DNA of 64,000 nt from a virus (lineage: Duplodnaviria > Caudoviricetes): the IMG/VR virus record IMGVR_UViG_3300020576_002947, positions 64,001-128,000 of that record; one strand, written 5' to 3'. The notes below the pieces were generated by a model. The model was not told the origin of the DNA. It did not search any database and worked only from the letters and a program-made list of their open reading frames with translations. The translations under genes and the position numbers were made by a program. Below, piece by piece: positions 9,025 to 17,385 of this stretch; positions within the stretch are counted from its first letter, which is position 1; the number at the start of each line of letters is the position of its first letter.

Positions 9025-10060
9025 GAGTAGTTGGTATTTGTAGCACAGGCCTGACGGCCTTGGCGACAAAAGGGTTCAAAGTCTTTACTTTTCCATCTAT
9101 TAACCTACGCTCTTCTGGGAATACAGCTCCATCATGTAGAAGCATATCTACAGTTAAATCAACGTCTAAGTATAGATTAATGTAGTCAAAGTCTTTGATT
9201 TCTACTACTACGTCGAAAGCAGATGGAAAAGTTCTTTCTAATTTTGTCTTTCTTCCACCATTTAGTTTAGCATTTTCATCACTAATAGCAACGTCTTTGA
9301 CACCACCTAGAAGATGTTTCAAAGTTTTGTTGTCTACTACGTCTTGAAGAACATTGCCATGGCATGTTGCCAGGATCTGAACTCCACGTCGTCCTATTGT
9401 TAAAACAGAGTCCACTTCCTTTAGATCAGAAATTTCATCTACGATAATAACATTTGGCAAGTGATTCTCAACAGCCTCAAGTAAAACTTGGTCTTGAGTC
9501 CTTCCTTGTGGGACAGGCATCTTCCTAGCTCTACCAACTGAGGCATGAGGAATATTTCCAGAACCAGCTATCTCATCGGAAGTATCAACAATGATGACAT
9601 TGCGATTCTTCTCTATAGATAGATAGTTACTGCAGGATCTTAGAAGACTAGTCTTACCTGAGCCAGGTCGTCCTACAATAAGGATGCTCTTACCTTGATC
9701 AAGAAGATCTTGAATGAGCTTCTCACTTCCAGGAATCGGTTTTCCAATCCTACAAGTAAGTCCTATAACAGTGTGACCATCTCTAGCAATTATCCTAGAA
9801 ATCCTGTGTAGACAACCGTCTAAACCAGCTCGGTTGTCTGGTCCAAAATTAGTTAGATTTTTACATACATTATCGATGTCTCTTTGTGTAATGATTACAT
9901 CTGAATATTCTATTACACCGTCAGGATAGCGAAGTTGAAAAGGTCTACCAAGGTCCATAACGACCTCAATTAAATCATCTTCTTTTTCAATCAGTGCTTG
10001 GAATTTAGATCCTAGTGCGCGGTAAAGGTCTCGTAATTGATCCATATAGCGAATGCTCAT
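8996..10060 (-). CDS. ycf45: Ycf45/SpoIIIAA-family AAA ATPase without R3H domain
   Basis: EVVMDLGRP, DNRAG...LHRIS, IGLTCRIG, GRPGSGKT, VDTSDEIAG, EAVENH.P.VIIVDEI, ATCHG, LLGG, ER...FD: all characteristic Ycf45 blocks. Confidence 0.85.
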   Translation of the reverse strand: MSIRYMDQLRDLYRALGSKFQALIEKEDDLIEVVMDLGRPFQLRYPDGVIEYSDVIITQRDIDNVCKNLTNFGPDNRAGLDGCLHRISRIIARDGHTVIGLTCRIGKPIPGSEKLIQDLLDQGKSILIVGRPGSGKTSLLRSCSNYLSIEKNRNVIIVDTSDEIAGSGNIPHASVGRARKMPVPQGRTQDQVLLEAVENHLPNVIIVDEISDLKEVDSVLTIGRRGVQILATCHGNVLQDVVDNKTLKHLLGGVKDVAISDENAKLNGGRKTKLERTFPSAFDVVVEIKDFDYINLYLDVDLTVDMLLHDGAVFPEERRLIDGKVKTLNPFVAKAVRPVLQIPTTHGREKTYKK

Positions 10061-10353
10061 TTATTTATTGACCGGTACAGAGCGCCAACAATAGCACACT
10101 CATCTCCGAAACTCCAGTCAACTGTTTCAGGAGTTTCAGATATATGGTCATAAGTATGGATTAGTAGATAACTGTTAAAACCTTCTTTAGCTAACTCTCT
10201 AAGTATAAGTTCTATCATTACTATTCTTGGATCGTTTCTTTTTAAGGAAATATCTGGAGCATTATCAAGTAATTCGTCTTCGAATCTTTGTATAAAGCTA
10301 TCAAACTCATCATCGTTTTCAAAATTGAATTCACTATCTTCGTTATCATGCAT
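10057..10353 (-). CDS. hypothetical acidic protein
   Basis: ORF preceded by a GAGGGGGTGA SD-like sequence. Confidence 0.65.
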   Translation of the reverse strand: MHDNEDSEFNFENDDEFDSFIQRFEDELLDNAPDISLKRNDPRIVMIELILRELAKEGFNSYLLIHTYDHISETPETVDWSFGDECAIVGALYRSINK

Positions 10354-10519
10354 ATTGTTATCACCCCCTCTAGGTTAAAATTTAATAGGAATGCTATACA
10401 GAGCAGTCCAATTATAACAGTACCCGTCTAACCTAAATAGAGCTTTAGGCTTGAAGTATACAAATAAAATCTTTACCAATTAATAATGTAAATAAAATTT
10501 AAAGGTAACACCGAATAAA
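10354..10519. promoter_or_regulatory. divergent AT-rich intergenic region, probably holding back-to-back promoters
   Basis: Largest non-coding gap in the window, located at a strand switch. Exact promoter boxes could not be resolved. Confidence 0.5.
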
Positions 10520-10882
10520 ATGATTGAACAAGAACTTAGAGACTGTCTAAAAAATTACGAAAGTCTTATTATTGAAATACTAGAACTGGATCAGAAAATC
10601 AATGTGACTCAAGCTAAGCAGCTAGAAGCAAAAGATAAGTACGATTCCGCTAGACAAGCAATCCTTCTCAAGTATGCTGAGAATCCTAAGGAATTAGGCG
10701 GCAATGAGCATGCTCGTAACGCAAAGATTGCTGAACTGATTAAGGATGAGCAGGCTGCTGTTACAGCACGAACTGACGACTTAACTTGTCGCACAAACGA
10801 ACTAGCCTCAAAAACTAGAATGTTAAGGTCACTAGAGTTTAGACGAGATATCCTAATAGCTATCGCGTCTAGTACCAAGTAA
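10520..10882 (+). CDS. coiled-coil hypothetical protein
   Basis: Heptad-rich ORF. Confidence 0.7.
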   Translation: MIEQELRDCLKNYESLIIEILELDQKINVTQAKQLEAKDKYDSARQAILLKYAENPKELGGNEHARNAKIAELIKDEQAAVTARTDDLTCRTNELASKTRMLRSLEFRRDILIAIASSTK

Positions 10883-10918
10883 TAATTTTGAATAAATTGT
10901 TACATTACAAAAGAGCTA

Positions 10919-11323
10919 ATGAATACACTACTCTCAACAATCGCAATCGCTTCAACTCTTACATCAGGGATTGATGCTCCTGGAACTCGTTCCATCGACA
11001 CTGTTATCACACCTACCAAGATCACTGTTACGTATCTTAGGGATGGTCATGATAACTACGCTGCTATTACTGCTCCACTGTACACTATTGCAGGGACAGA
11101 TAATCGGCTCAAGATCGTATCTTTCGGAGCTGCGGACAGACTGAATACTCAGTATAGGCTTTATGTCGGTACAGGTTTGAGTTACGAGTTTGTTCGGACA
11201 GACAATATTAATCTTAGTCTCATCGCGGGTTGGAAGGGCTTCAATGTCTCTGACAACTTTAGATTGAGTGATAATGACCGAGCCTGGGTATTTGGCGTTG
11301 GTCTTTCATTTAAGATTGATTAA
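10919..11323 (+). CDS. secreted or outer-membrane beta-barrel-like protein
   Basis: Signal-like N-terminus MNTLLSTIAIASTLTSG, amphipathic strands LYVGTGLSYEF and terminal WVFGVGLSFKID. Confidence 0.55.
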   Translation: MNTLLSTIAIASTLTSGIDAPGTRSIDTVITPTKITVTYLRDGHDNYAAITAPLYTIAGTDNRLKIVSFGAADRLNTQYRLYVGTGLSYEFVRTDNINLSLIAGWKGFNVSDNFRLSDNDRAWVFGVGLSFKID

Positions 11324-11373
11324 TTAAAAAAAATAAGATTGACTAGGTAACTAGTCGTTATTTCATGTCAACT

Positions 11374-11401
11374 GGGGCCTCGAAAGAGGCCCTCTTTTTT
11401 T
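11374..11401 (+). terminator. intrinsic terminator
   Basis: GGGCCTC-GAAA-GAGGCCC followed by TCTTTTTTT. Confidence 0.85.
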
Positions 11402-11407
11402 CTTATT

Positions 11408-11614
11408 ATGGATAATTCCGGTTATTACAAAAAGTATGAGGTTTTCAAGCTCTCTCCCTATATGAGAGTTGAGGGCCGCACATTCGTTCTTGAGATTGAC
11501 AAGGACCCTGACTCTATTGCTATTCTTCGCGGTATTGCAAACTCACTTAGCCCTGAGCGTATTGCTCTAAAGGCTGACCTACTGAAGTTTGCCAATCAGT
11601 TTGAAAGCAACTAA
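11408..11614 (+). CDS. small conserved phage hypothetical protein
   Basis: GYYKKYEV...FVLEIDKDP pattern recalled from phage small proteins. Confidence 0.65.
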   Translation: MDNSGYYKKYEVFKLSPYMRVEGRTFVLEIDKDPDSIAILRGIANSLSPERIALKADLLKFANQFESN

Positions 11615-11620
11615 CTATGT

Positions 11621-11636
11621 GGGGCCGAAAGGCCCC
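11621..11636 (+). other. GC-rich GAAA-tetraloop hairpin without U-tract
   Basis: GGGGCC-GAAA-GGCCCC. Confidence 0.7.
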
Positions 11637-11651
11637 TAAATTATAAATATT

Positions 11652-11843
11652 ATGCCTAAATATAAAATTATTGTAATGAGGACTGTATCAACAAATAACT
11701 TCATTACAATCGATATTGACGCTGACAATGTTAAACAAGCAGAAAATCTAGCCATTGCTAGAGCAGATAAACTAGCATGGCCTGAACTAACAGGCGTTGT
11801 TAGCTATGATGCTTGGAGGTGTTCTTTAATTGATCCCGACTGA
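11652..11843 (+). CDS. hypothetical protein
   Basis: ORF in the early-gene cluster. Confidence 0.65.
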   Translation: MPKYKIIVMRTVSTNNFITIDIDADNVKQAENLAIARADKLAWPELTGVVSYDAWRCSLIDPD

Positions 11844-12180
11844 ATATGAACTAAACGTTCTTGTCAGGAAGCTAAAAGAAGATCATCAAACCTCTTTAAA
11901 AGAGTATAGCTTTTGGGAGAACGAGTCAGCTAAACTGGAAATAGAAGCAGTTAGACTGAAGAAAGAAGCTGATTTTATTCTTGACACTATAGATGATTTA
12001 GATTACGAAGTTTCAGAAGCTACATCAAAATTGGATCTTCTAGATTCACGCATTTGTGGTTTAGAGGAGGAGCTTAGTAATTGTATTGTTCAAGCTCAGG
12101 AATGGGCTTATGATCTAGAATCTTTTTATACTTATGAAGAATTAGAAGCTGCAGGACAACTGAAGCTCTTTTCGATTTGA
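11830..12180 (+). CDS. coiled-coil protein with C-terminal QLKLF (beta-clamp-binding-like motif)
   Basis: Ends AAGQLKLFSI. Confidence 0.55.
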   Translation: MIPTEYELNVLVRKLKEDHQTSLKEYSFWENESAKLEIEAVRLKKEADFILDTIDDLDYEVSEATSKLDLLDSRICGLEEELSNCIVQAQEWAYDLESFYTYEELEAAGQLKLFSI

Positions 12181-12497
12181 ATATGGAAATGCAAGAAACG
12201 ACAAGACTAGATCTTTCCCAATTTAAAAACTACACCACTGAACCTTGGAACGTTTTAATTAACAACGCATACAATATCAGCTATATTATTAGGGGTGGCA
12301 AATTACAAAACAAAATTGCTCAAGTATTTAATTGGCAAGACCAAGGTATGGACTGTAATGCAGAAGAGAATGCCAACTTAATTGCTGCAGCCCCTCTTCT
12401 ATTAAAAGAATGTTTATTGTTAAGAGAGGAGCTTGATCGTATGATCGCTTCTGAAGTTTTACGTAAACAAACATTAGAATCTTTGTGGGAAGAATAG
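12177..12497 (+). CDS. conserved phage hypothetical protein (TPGPW...NARLIAAAP type)
   Basis: YTTEPW...ENANLIAAAPLLL. Confidence 0.65.
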   Translation: MNMEMQETTRLDLSQFKNYTTEPWNVLINNAYNISYIIRGGKLQNKIAQVFNWQDQGMDCNAEENANLIAAAPLLLKECLLLREELDRMIASEVLRKQTLESLWEE

Positions 12498-12498
12498 A

Positions 12499-12978
12499 AT
12501 GAGTCCATCAAAACAAGAATTAATAGCACAAAAAAGAAGAGAGCTTGAAGAGCTCGAAAATGATATCAATACTAATCAACTTTCAGAAATAGCTGATAAA
12601 CTTAGAGAGGCCTTCCCACAGATACAGTTTACAATAGAACCTGCTTATGAGGATATAACTGCTGTTTTAGTACCTACTAACCTAAGTATTAAGTTTCCAT
12701 TTAATATTGAGTTAGTTCTAACAGTAGAAATAGAAGATGAAGAATATGTATCAGCTACTATTTGTAGTTCAATTACAGGTGAAGATGTTTTTGAAGATAG
12801 TGATACTTTAGATAATATTATTCAAGCTTTAAAAGATTTTTATGTAGATTACTCGTCTACGACTACTCCAGTATGGTATGAAAATGACCAAGAGATTACT
12901 GAAGAGGAGAGTTGTAGTACAGTTCAATACTTCTACTATCCATTTATAGATAAGCTAATTAAGCAAGAGCAAGAATGA
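12499..12978 (+). CDS. acidic hypothetical protein with N-terminal coiled coil
   Basis: N-terminus resembles those of the ORFs at 21209 and 24771. Confidence 0.7.
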   Translation: MSPSKQELIAQKRRELEELENDINTNQLSEIADKLREAFPQIQFTIEPAYEDITAVLVPTNLSIKFPFNIELVLTVEIEDEEYVSATICSSITGEDVFEDSDTLDNIIQALKDFYVDYSSTTTPVWYENDQEITEEESCSTVQYFYYPFIDKLIKQEQE

Positions 12979-13373
12979 CACTAACGCAATTTGAGGAAGT
13001 AACACGTTATTTATTAACGACATTTGGTAAGGCTGATGGTATTGGAGGAGGGTCTTGGGTATGGGATCACAGACAATTCTCTATATGCGCATCACTAGAG
13101 TATAGAAAAGACTTTTTTAAGCCAGGTATTTCCATGTTTTATAACTCTCCTACTGATGAAAAAGGAAGAGATCGATTTATAGGAGAGGAATGGGTTGACA
13201 CTGACTGGTTTATTGAAAGAGACTTGGAAAAGTTTATTGAAGAATACCAGCCAAAACCACTAAACTATAGAAAGGTAGTAATCCAGGTAGATCTAGAAGT
13301 ACCTGAAGATATGAAGATTGATCTAACTAAAACTAGCCCAATAGAGCTCGTTAGACAGTACGGAGTTAAATAA
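12975..13373 (+). CDS. hypothetical protein
   Basis: ATGA-coupled ORF. Confidence 0.65.
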   Translation: MTLTQFEEVTRYLLTTFGKADGIGGGSWVWDHRQFSICASLEYRKDFFKPGISMFYNSPTDEKGRDRFIGEEWVDTDWFIERDLEKFIEEYQPKPLNYRKVVIQVDLEVPEDMKIDLTKTSPIELVRQYGVK

Positions 13374-13597
13374 TGAAACCATTTCAGTTAGTTATAAATG
13401 ACGATAATGTCCAGGGCTTATCACTGAGAGCTTGGCAATGGTGTAATGAACAGAAACAAGTATCACTTAATTGGTCCCATTCTACATATACTACAACTGG
13501 TGTAGAAATTGTTTATTGTAATAGACAAGCACCTGAGACTATTAGCCACTTAGAGATAATTGGTTTAGCACTTTATAAGGGTTGGAAGGGCTTTTAA
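13373..13597 (+). CDS. hypothetical protein
   Basis: TAATG-coupled ORF. Confidence 0.6.
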   Translation: MKPFQLVINDDNVQGLSLRAWQWCNEQKQVSLNWSHSTYTTTGVEIVYCNRQAPETISHLEIIGLALYKGWKGF

Positions 13598-13598
13598 A

Positions 13599-13811
13599 TT
13601 GCCCAGATTCTTACTATTCCGTGGAGATAGATGGTATCCTAGTGGTGGTTGGAGGGACTTTGGTTCAAGCTCTGACGACCCTACTGAGTTACTACAAACT
13701 GTATTAGATGAAAAGTCTGATTGGTGGCATATTGTTGATTTAGAAACAGGTAACATGTATGTTGATGCTAAAGATGTTACACGTTTAATTGAGAGGTTGA
13801 GAAATGATTAA
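13599..13811 (+). CDS. conserved phage hypothetical protein
   Basis: RFLLF...YPSGGWRDF...DWWHIVDLETG, a recurrent phage small-protein pattern. Confidence 0.65.
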   Translation: MPRFLLFRGDRWYPSGGWRDFGSSSDDPTELLQTVLDEKSDWWHIVDLETGNMYVDAKDVTRLIERLRND

Positions 13812-14067
13812 TTTAGAAGAAATTAAATATACTATATCGGTAATAAATAAAGGTGATGGTACTGAAACCGAGTTCGTAGTTTACCAGGGGAGAGAGAACC
13901 TGGATGAGATGATAAAGCAGATTGAAGATACAGATGCTACTGTTATTATAAAAGCTAATCATCCTGCTACAGAGAAGACTGCTGGGATTCGATATACAGA
14001 CTTTAAGGTAGATAGTTTAAGATCAGCTGTGTCTGGTATTAAGGATTTATTTAGCACACTAGAGTAG
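13804..14067 (+). CDS. hypothetical protein
   Basis: Overlap-coupled ORF with GAGAGG SD. Confidence 0.65.
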   Translation: MINLEEIKYTISVINKGDGTETEFVVYQGRENLDEMIKQIEDTDATVIIKANHPATEKTAGIRYTDFKVDSLRSAVSGIKDLFSTLE

Positions 14068-14082
14068 GAGAATAGTACTAAT

Positions 14083-14397
14083 ATGAACTTACGCTATTGG
14101 AACGAAGTTAAAGCAGCAAAAACTCATATCTGTAGTGTTACAGGAGATTTAATTCCTGTTAAGCAGAATTATTATAAAAGACAGATCGCTAATAGTACTA
14201 TTTATTGTTACACTGTTTCATTTTTTGGGTACTGGTTAGTTTCTAGGTATTGGAAAGATGATCCTTCTTGCTGGGGAAAGGATACTTTTGTTGACGCTAG
14301 GCAATTAGCATTAAAGGAATTCGGAAGCCTTGATGAAGCTAGAACATATTGGCAGACGAGTTTAAAAGAAGTATTTATTATAAAGAGACCTGTATGA
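14083..14397 (+). CDS. hypothetical protein (degenerate AxKxHxC zinc-ribbon-like N-terminus)
   Basis: KAAKTHICSVTGDLI, with AGGAG SD. Confidence 0.6.
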   Translation: MNLRYWNEVKAAKTHICSVTGDLIPVKQNYYKRQIANSTIYCYTVSFFGYWLVSRYWKDDPSCWGKDTFVDARQLALKEFGSLDEARTYWQTSLKEVFIIKRPV

Positions 14398-14645
14398 TTG
14401 ATAAAGTATACTGTTTAGAATATAACGATAGATGGGAAGGAATTATGAGCTATACTCTTTATCACCAGTTCAGAGATGCTTTTGACGAAGGAGAAAAGGC
14501 TGCTAAGGACTGGGATTCAGAATATAAATTTACATCAGAGCCTGAGCCTACTCCTCTTAAATTAGAGGATGAGCATGTTCTAGGAAGCTGGTGGTGTCCT
14601 AGTTTACAGCAATCATTAATAATTAAGGCTATTAAAATAAAATAG
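14394..14645 (+). CDS. hypothetical protein
   Basis: ATGA overlap at 14394. Confidence 0.6.
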   Translation: MIDKVYCLEYNDRWEGIMSYTLYHQFRDAFDEGEKAAKDWDSEYKFTSEPEPTPLKLEDEHVLGSWWCPSLQQSLIIKAIKIK

Positions 14646-14671
14646 TCGTTAATGGTATATAAAGAGCTTAT

Positions 14672-15253
14672 ATGGAAATACGTTCTAAGGAAAATGTAAA
14701 GAATCATGGAGAAGTGTTTACACCTCTTCATATCGTAGACGAGATGTTAGATCTGTTTCCACAAGAAGTATGGGAAGATCCGTCTTACATTTTCCTAGAA
14801 CCAACTTGTGGTAATGGTAACTTTCTTAAGAAGATTGCTGTTAAAAGATTTCATCATGGTATATCACCAATAGAAACACTTAATACTCTGATAGGCTTGG
14901 ACATATCAAAAGAGAATATCTTTGATTCAAGGTGCTACCTAGCAAGAGTGTATGGGTGGATGCTATTAAAGAATGATGTAAAGGTCAATTCTAGAGACTG
15001 GATGAGAGCGGTTGTTTATGCAATGGCTGTACTAAAGAATAACTTTCTTGTAGTAGATGATAGTCTTAAAGTCATTAAAGAATATCCTAATGGTCTTTTA
15101 GGAGAAATGAAGTTTGTAGAAAACGACCCTACTGGGCATAAGGATGTAATGACTACTAAAGAAAGAAATGATTTACTTAAAAAATGTATTAGTATTTATA
15201 AACAACAGGACCATCCAATAACAAAGGAGTTTTATCACCATGTTAGAAATTAA
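14672..15253 (+). CDS. N6-adenine DNA methyltransferase, SAM-binding half
   Basis: GEVFTP (motif X), LEPTCGNGNFL (motif I), GLDI (motif II). No NPPY. Confidence 0.8.
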   Translation: MEIRSKENVKNHGEVFTPLHIVDEMLDLFPQEVWEDPSYIFLEPTCGNGNFLKKIAVKRFHHGISPIETLNTLIGLDISKENIFDSRCYLARVYGWMLLKNDVKVNSRDWMRAVVYAMAVLKNNFLVVDDSLKVIKEYPNGLLGEMKFVENDPTGHKDVMTTKERNDLLKKCISIYKQQDHPITKEFYHHVRN

Positions 15254-16556
15254 TGACTGGTACAAGTTCTTAGAAACTTGCTTAACACAACCAGTAACCC
15301 GACAAAGGATTCTTAAGTATATTACTGTTAGTGCTCCTGATAATTGGCAGAGTGTTCATACACCTTTTCACATTGTTCGTGAAATGTGTGACCTTATTCC
15401 AAATGAAAATGATCTTGGTTACTATGTATTCTTCTCTAATGAATTCTTAGAAGTACTTATACACGAACGAAATATAGATCCTAAGAAGGTTCTATTCTTG
15501 CCTGATAACGAGCTTGAAGGAAAGCTCATGAAAAAAGTCTATGGCTGTAATTATCATGTTCTTGACAAATCAATTCTCCAAAATAAAACCATTGACCTAT
15601 CGGGTATACCTATGAAGTTTGATAAGTTAGTAGTATTAGGTAATCCTCCTTATCAGGAGATGAATGCATTAGATGGTTCTGATAATCAAAATGCATCTCC
15701 TCTTTACCACTTATTTATTGATTCAATAAATACTAGACTTAATCCTTCCTATTTAAGTTTTATCATTCCAAGTAAATGGTTAAGTGGCGGTCGAGGGTTG
15801 GGTGAGTTTAGGGAAAATATGTTTAAGAGACGCCAATTAAGTGTTATTAAACACTTTCCAGGAGAAAGTTCTGTTTTTAAAGACGTTTCAATAAAAGGAG
15901 GAGTAATGTACTTTCTACAAGAAAGTACATTTAAAGCTGAGTTAGACTTTATTTATAATGATGTTATTAAAAAAAGAGTTCTTAATCAGTACGACATTTT
16001 TATACTTGATCATATTGGACCTGGAATTTTAAGTAAAGTACTTGAAAAATCTAAAAGTTTCTTATCTTCTACTTGTAGCCCTCAAACCCCGTTCGGGGTT
16101 TTGAGTAGTTTTAACAACTTTCAAAACAAAGGACAAAAGTGCTGGATGAAGTTCTCTAACTTGCAATTTATACCAGAAAGTAGTTATAAAGATCCTTTAG
16201 ATTTAAAAGACAAGTATAAACTTTTGATTAGTAAAGCAACTGGGCTAGCCTGTACGCCCATACCTATTATTCCCAGTATTATTGCACTTCCGGGAGAAAT
16301 TTGCTCTCAGTCTTATCTAGTTCTTAAAACTTTTAATAAGAAGAAAGAATGTGAAAATTTTCAAGTATACTTTAATACTAAGTTTTTAAGATTTATACTT
16401 TCTTTAAGAGCTATTACTCAATCAATATCAAGAGACAAATTTGCCTGGGTTCCTGACATGGAAGATTATTCCAAAGTATGGACTGATGAAGAACTGTACA
16501 AACATTTTGAGTTAACACAAGAAGAGATTGACTATATAGAGAGTAAGATAAAATGA
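15240..16556 (+). CDS. Eco57I-like N6-adenine methyltransferase catalytic domain plus target recognition domain
   Basis: GNPPYQ (motif IV), LYHLF, IIPSKW..GGRGL, IKGGV, C-terminal WTDEELYKHFELT. Degenerate SVHTP, and no FxGxG motif I. Confidence 0.85.
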   Translation: MLEINDWYKFLETCLTQPVTRQRILKYITVSAPDNWQSVHTPFHIVREMCDLIPNENDLGYYVFFSNEFLEVLIHERNIDPKKVLFLPDNELEGKLMKKVYGCNYHVLDKSILQNKTIDLSGIPMKFDKLVVLGNPPYQEMNALDGSDNQNASPLYHLFIDSINTRLNPSYLSFIIPSKWLSGGRGLGEFRENMFKRRQLSVIKHFPGESSVFKDVSIKGGVMYFLQESTFKAELDFIYNDVIKKRVLNQYDIFILDHIGPGILSKVLEKSKSFLSSTCSPQTPFGVLSSFNNFQNKGQKCWMKFSNLQFIPESSYKDPLDLKDKYKLLISKATGLACTPIPIIPSIIALPGEICSQSYLVLKTFNKKKECENFQVYFNTKFLRFILSLRAITQSISRDKFAWVPDMEDYSKVWTDEELYKHFELTQEEIDYIESKIK

Positions 16557-16571
16557 GTTTTGAGGTAAAAC

Positions 16572-17183
16572 TTGAATAACTTAGATTCAAACTTTATCGG
16601 TATTTTAGCTCTCCTAGGAGGAGCGTTTACGATAATAATAATATTTTCTATTGTAGGATTAAGAGGTAAAGCAAAAGCTAAGAGGGATGAGGTTTCTGTT
16701 TTAGATAGACTTAATAACCTAGAACCAAATATAAATTATAAACTTAAATTATTAGATGATATAATTAATCAAAAATTAAAATCACTAGAACTTGGACAAA
16801 GTCATTTAGTACTAGAAATAAATAGAATACTGAAAGAAACAAGTAAGATAATTCAAGACTTAGAAAAATCATCAAAGGTTTATAATACTAAAAATACTAA
16901 GACTTTGACTAATTTAAGTATAGATATAGAAGCTCAAAAACTCATTCTAAGTAAAATCGTTGATCAAATTAAAGATATATATCCGATTAATCTTGAGTTA
17001 ACTGCTTCTGAAATAAAGCATCTAAAATCGACAAAGATTTTAGATAACAAAGTAAAAAAAATACCGACTTATAAACAAGAAGTTAAAAGCAAAGCTGACA
17101 GAGATCAAATTGATTGTTTATGGGATGAGGAGGAATTTGACTCTTGGGCTTATGCTCAAGCTGAATTGCATTTCTATGAATAA
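16572..17183 (+). CDS. membrane-anchored coiled-coil hypothetical protein
   Basis: N-terminal TM FIGILALLGGAFTIIIIFSIVGL. Very AT-rich. Confidence 0.65.
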   Translation: MNNLDSNFIGILALLGGAFTIIIIFSIVGLRGKAKAKRDEVSVLDRLNNLEPNINYKLKLLDDIINQKLKSLELGQSHLVLEINRILKETSKIIQDLEKSSKVYNTKNTKTLTNLSIDIEAQKLILSKIVDQIKDIYPINLELTASEIKHLKSTKILDNKVKKIPTYKQEVKSKADRDQIDCLWDEEEFDSWAYAQAELHFYE

Positions 17184-17385
17184 TATTCCTGGAAAGATTA
17201 TAGCTATTACTACTTCATTCTTGCCAGCCGGATATAGCAATGGAAATTTTATCCTCCATACTGTTCTAACAGATCAAGGCGAGTTGTATGAGAATTATGT
17301 TAGCGATGGAAAAGCAAATGTACCTGATGATGGACTTTGGAGAAAAGTATCGTTAAAGGTATTTGATACAAACGATCATGTTTAA
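17176..17385 (+). CDS. hypothetical protein
   Basis: Start placed at ATG 17176. Confidence 0.55.
   Translation: MNNIPGKIIAITTSFLPAGYSNGNFILHTVLTDQGELYENYVSDGKANVPDDGLWRKVSLKVFDTNDHV

Noticed and set aside
15223-15253. Programmed frameshift or sequencing error joining the two methyltransferase ORFs
   Set aside because: The second ORF has its own AAAGGAG SD and its own degenerate motif X region, so it reads as a separate gene.
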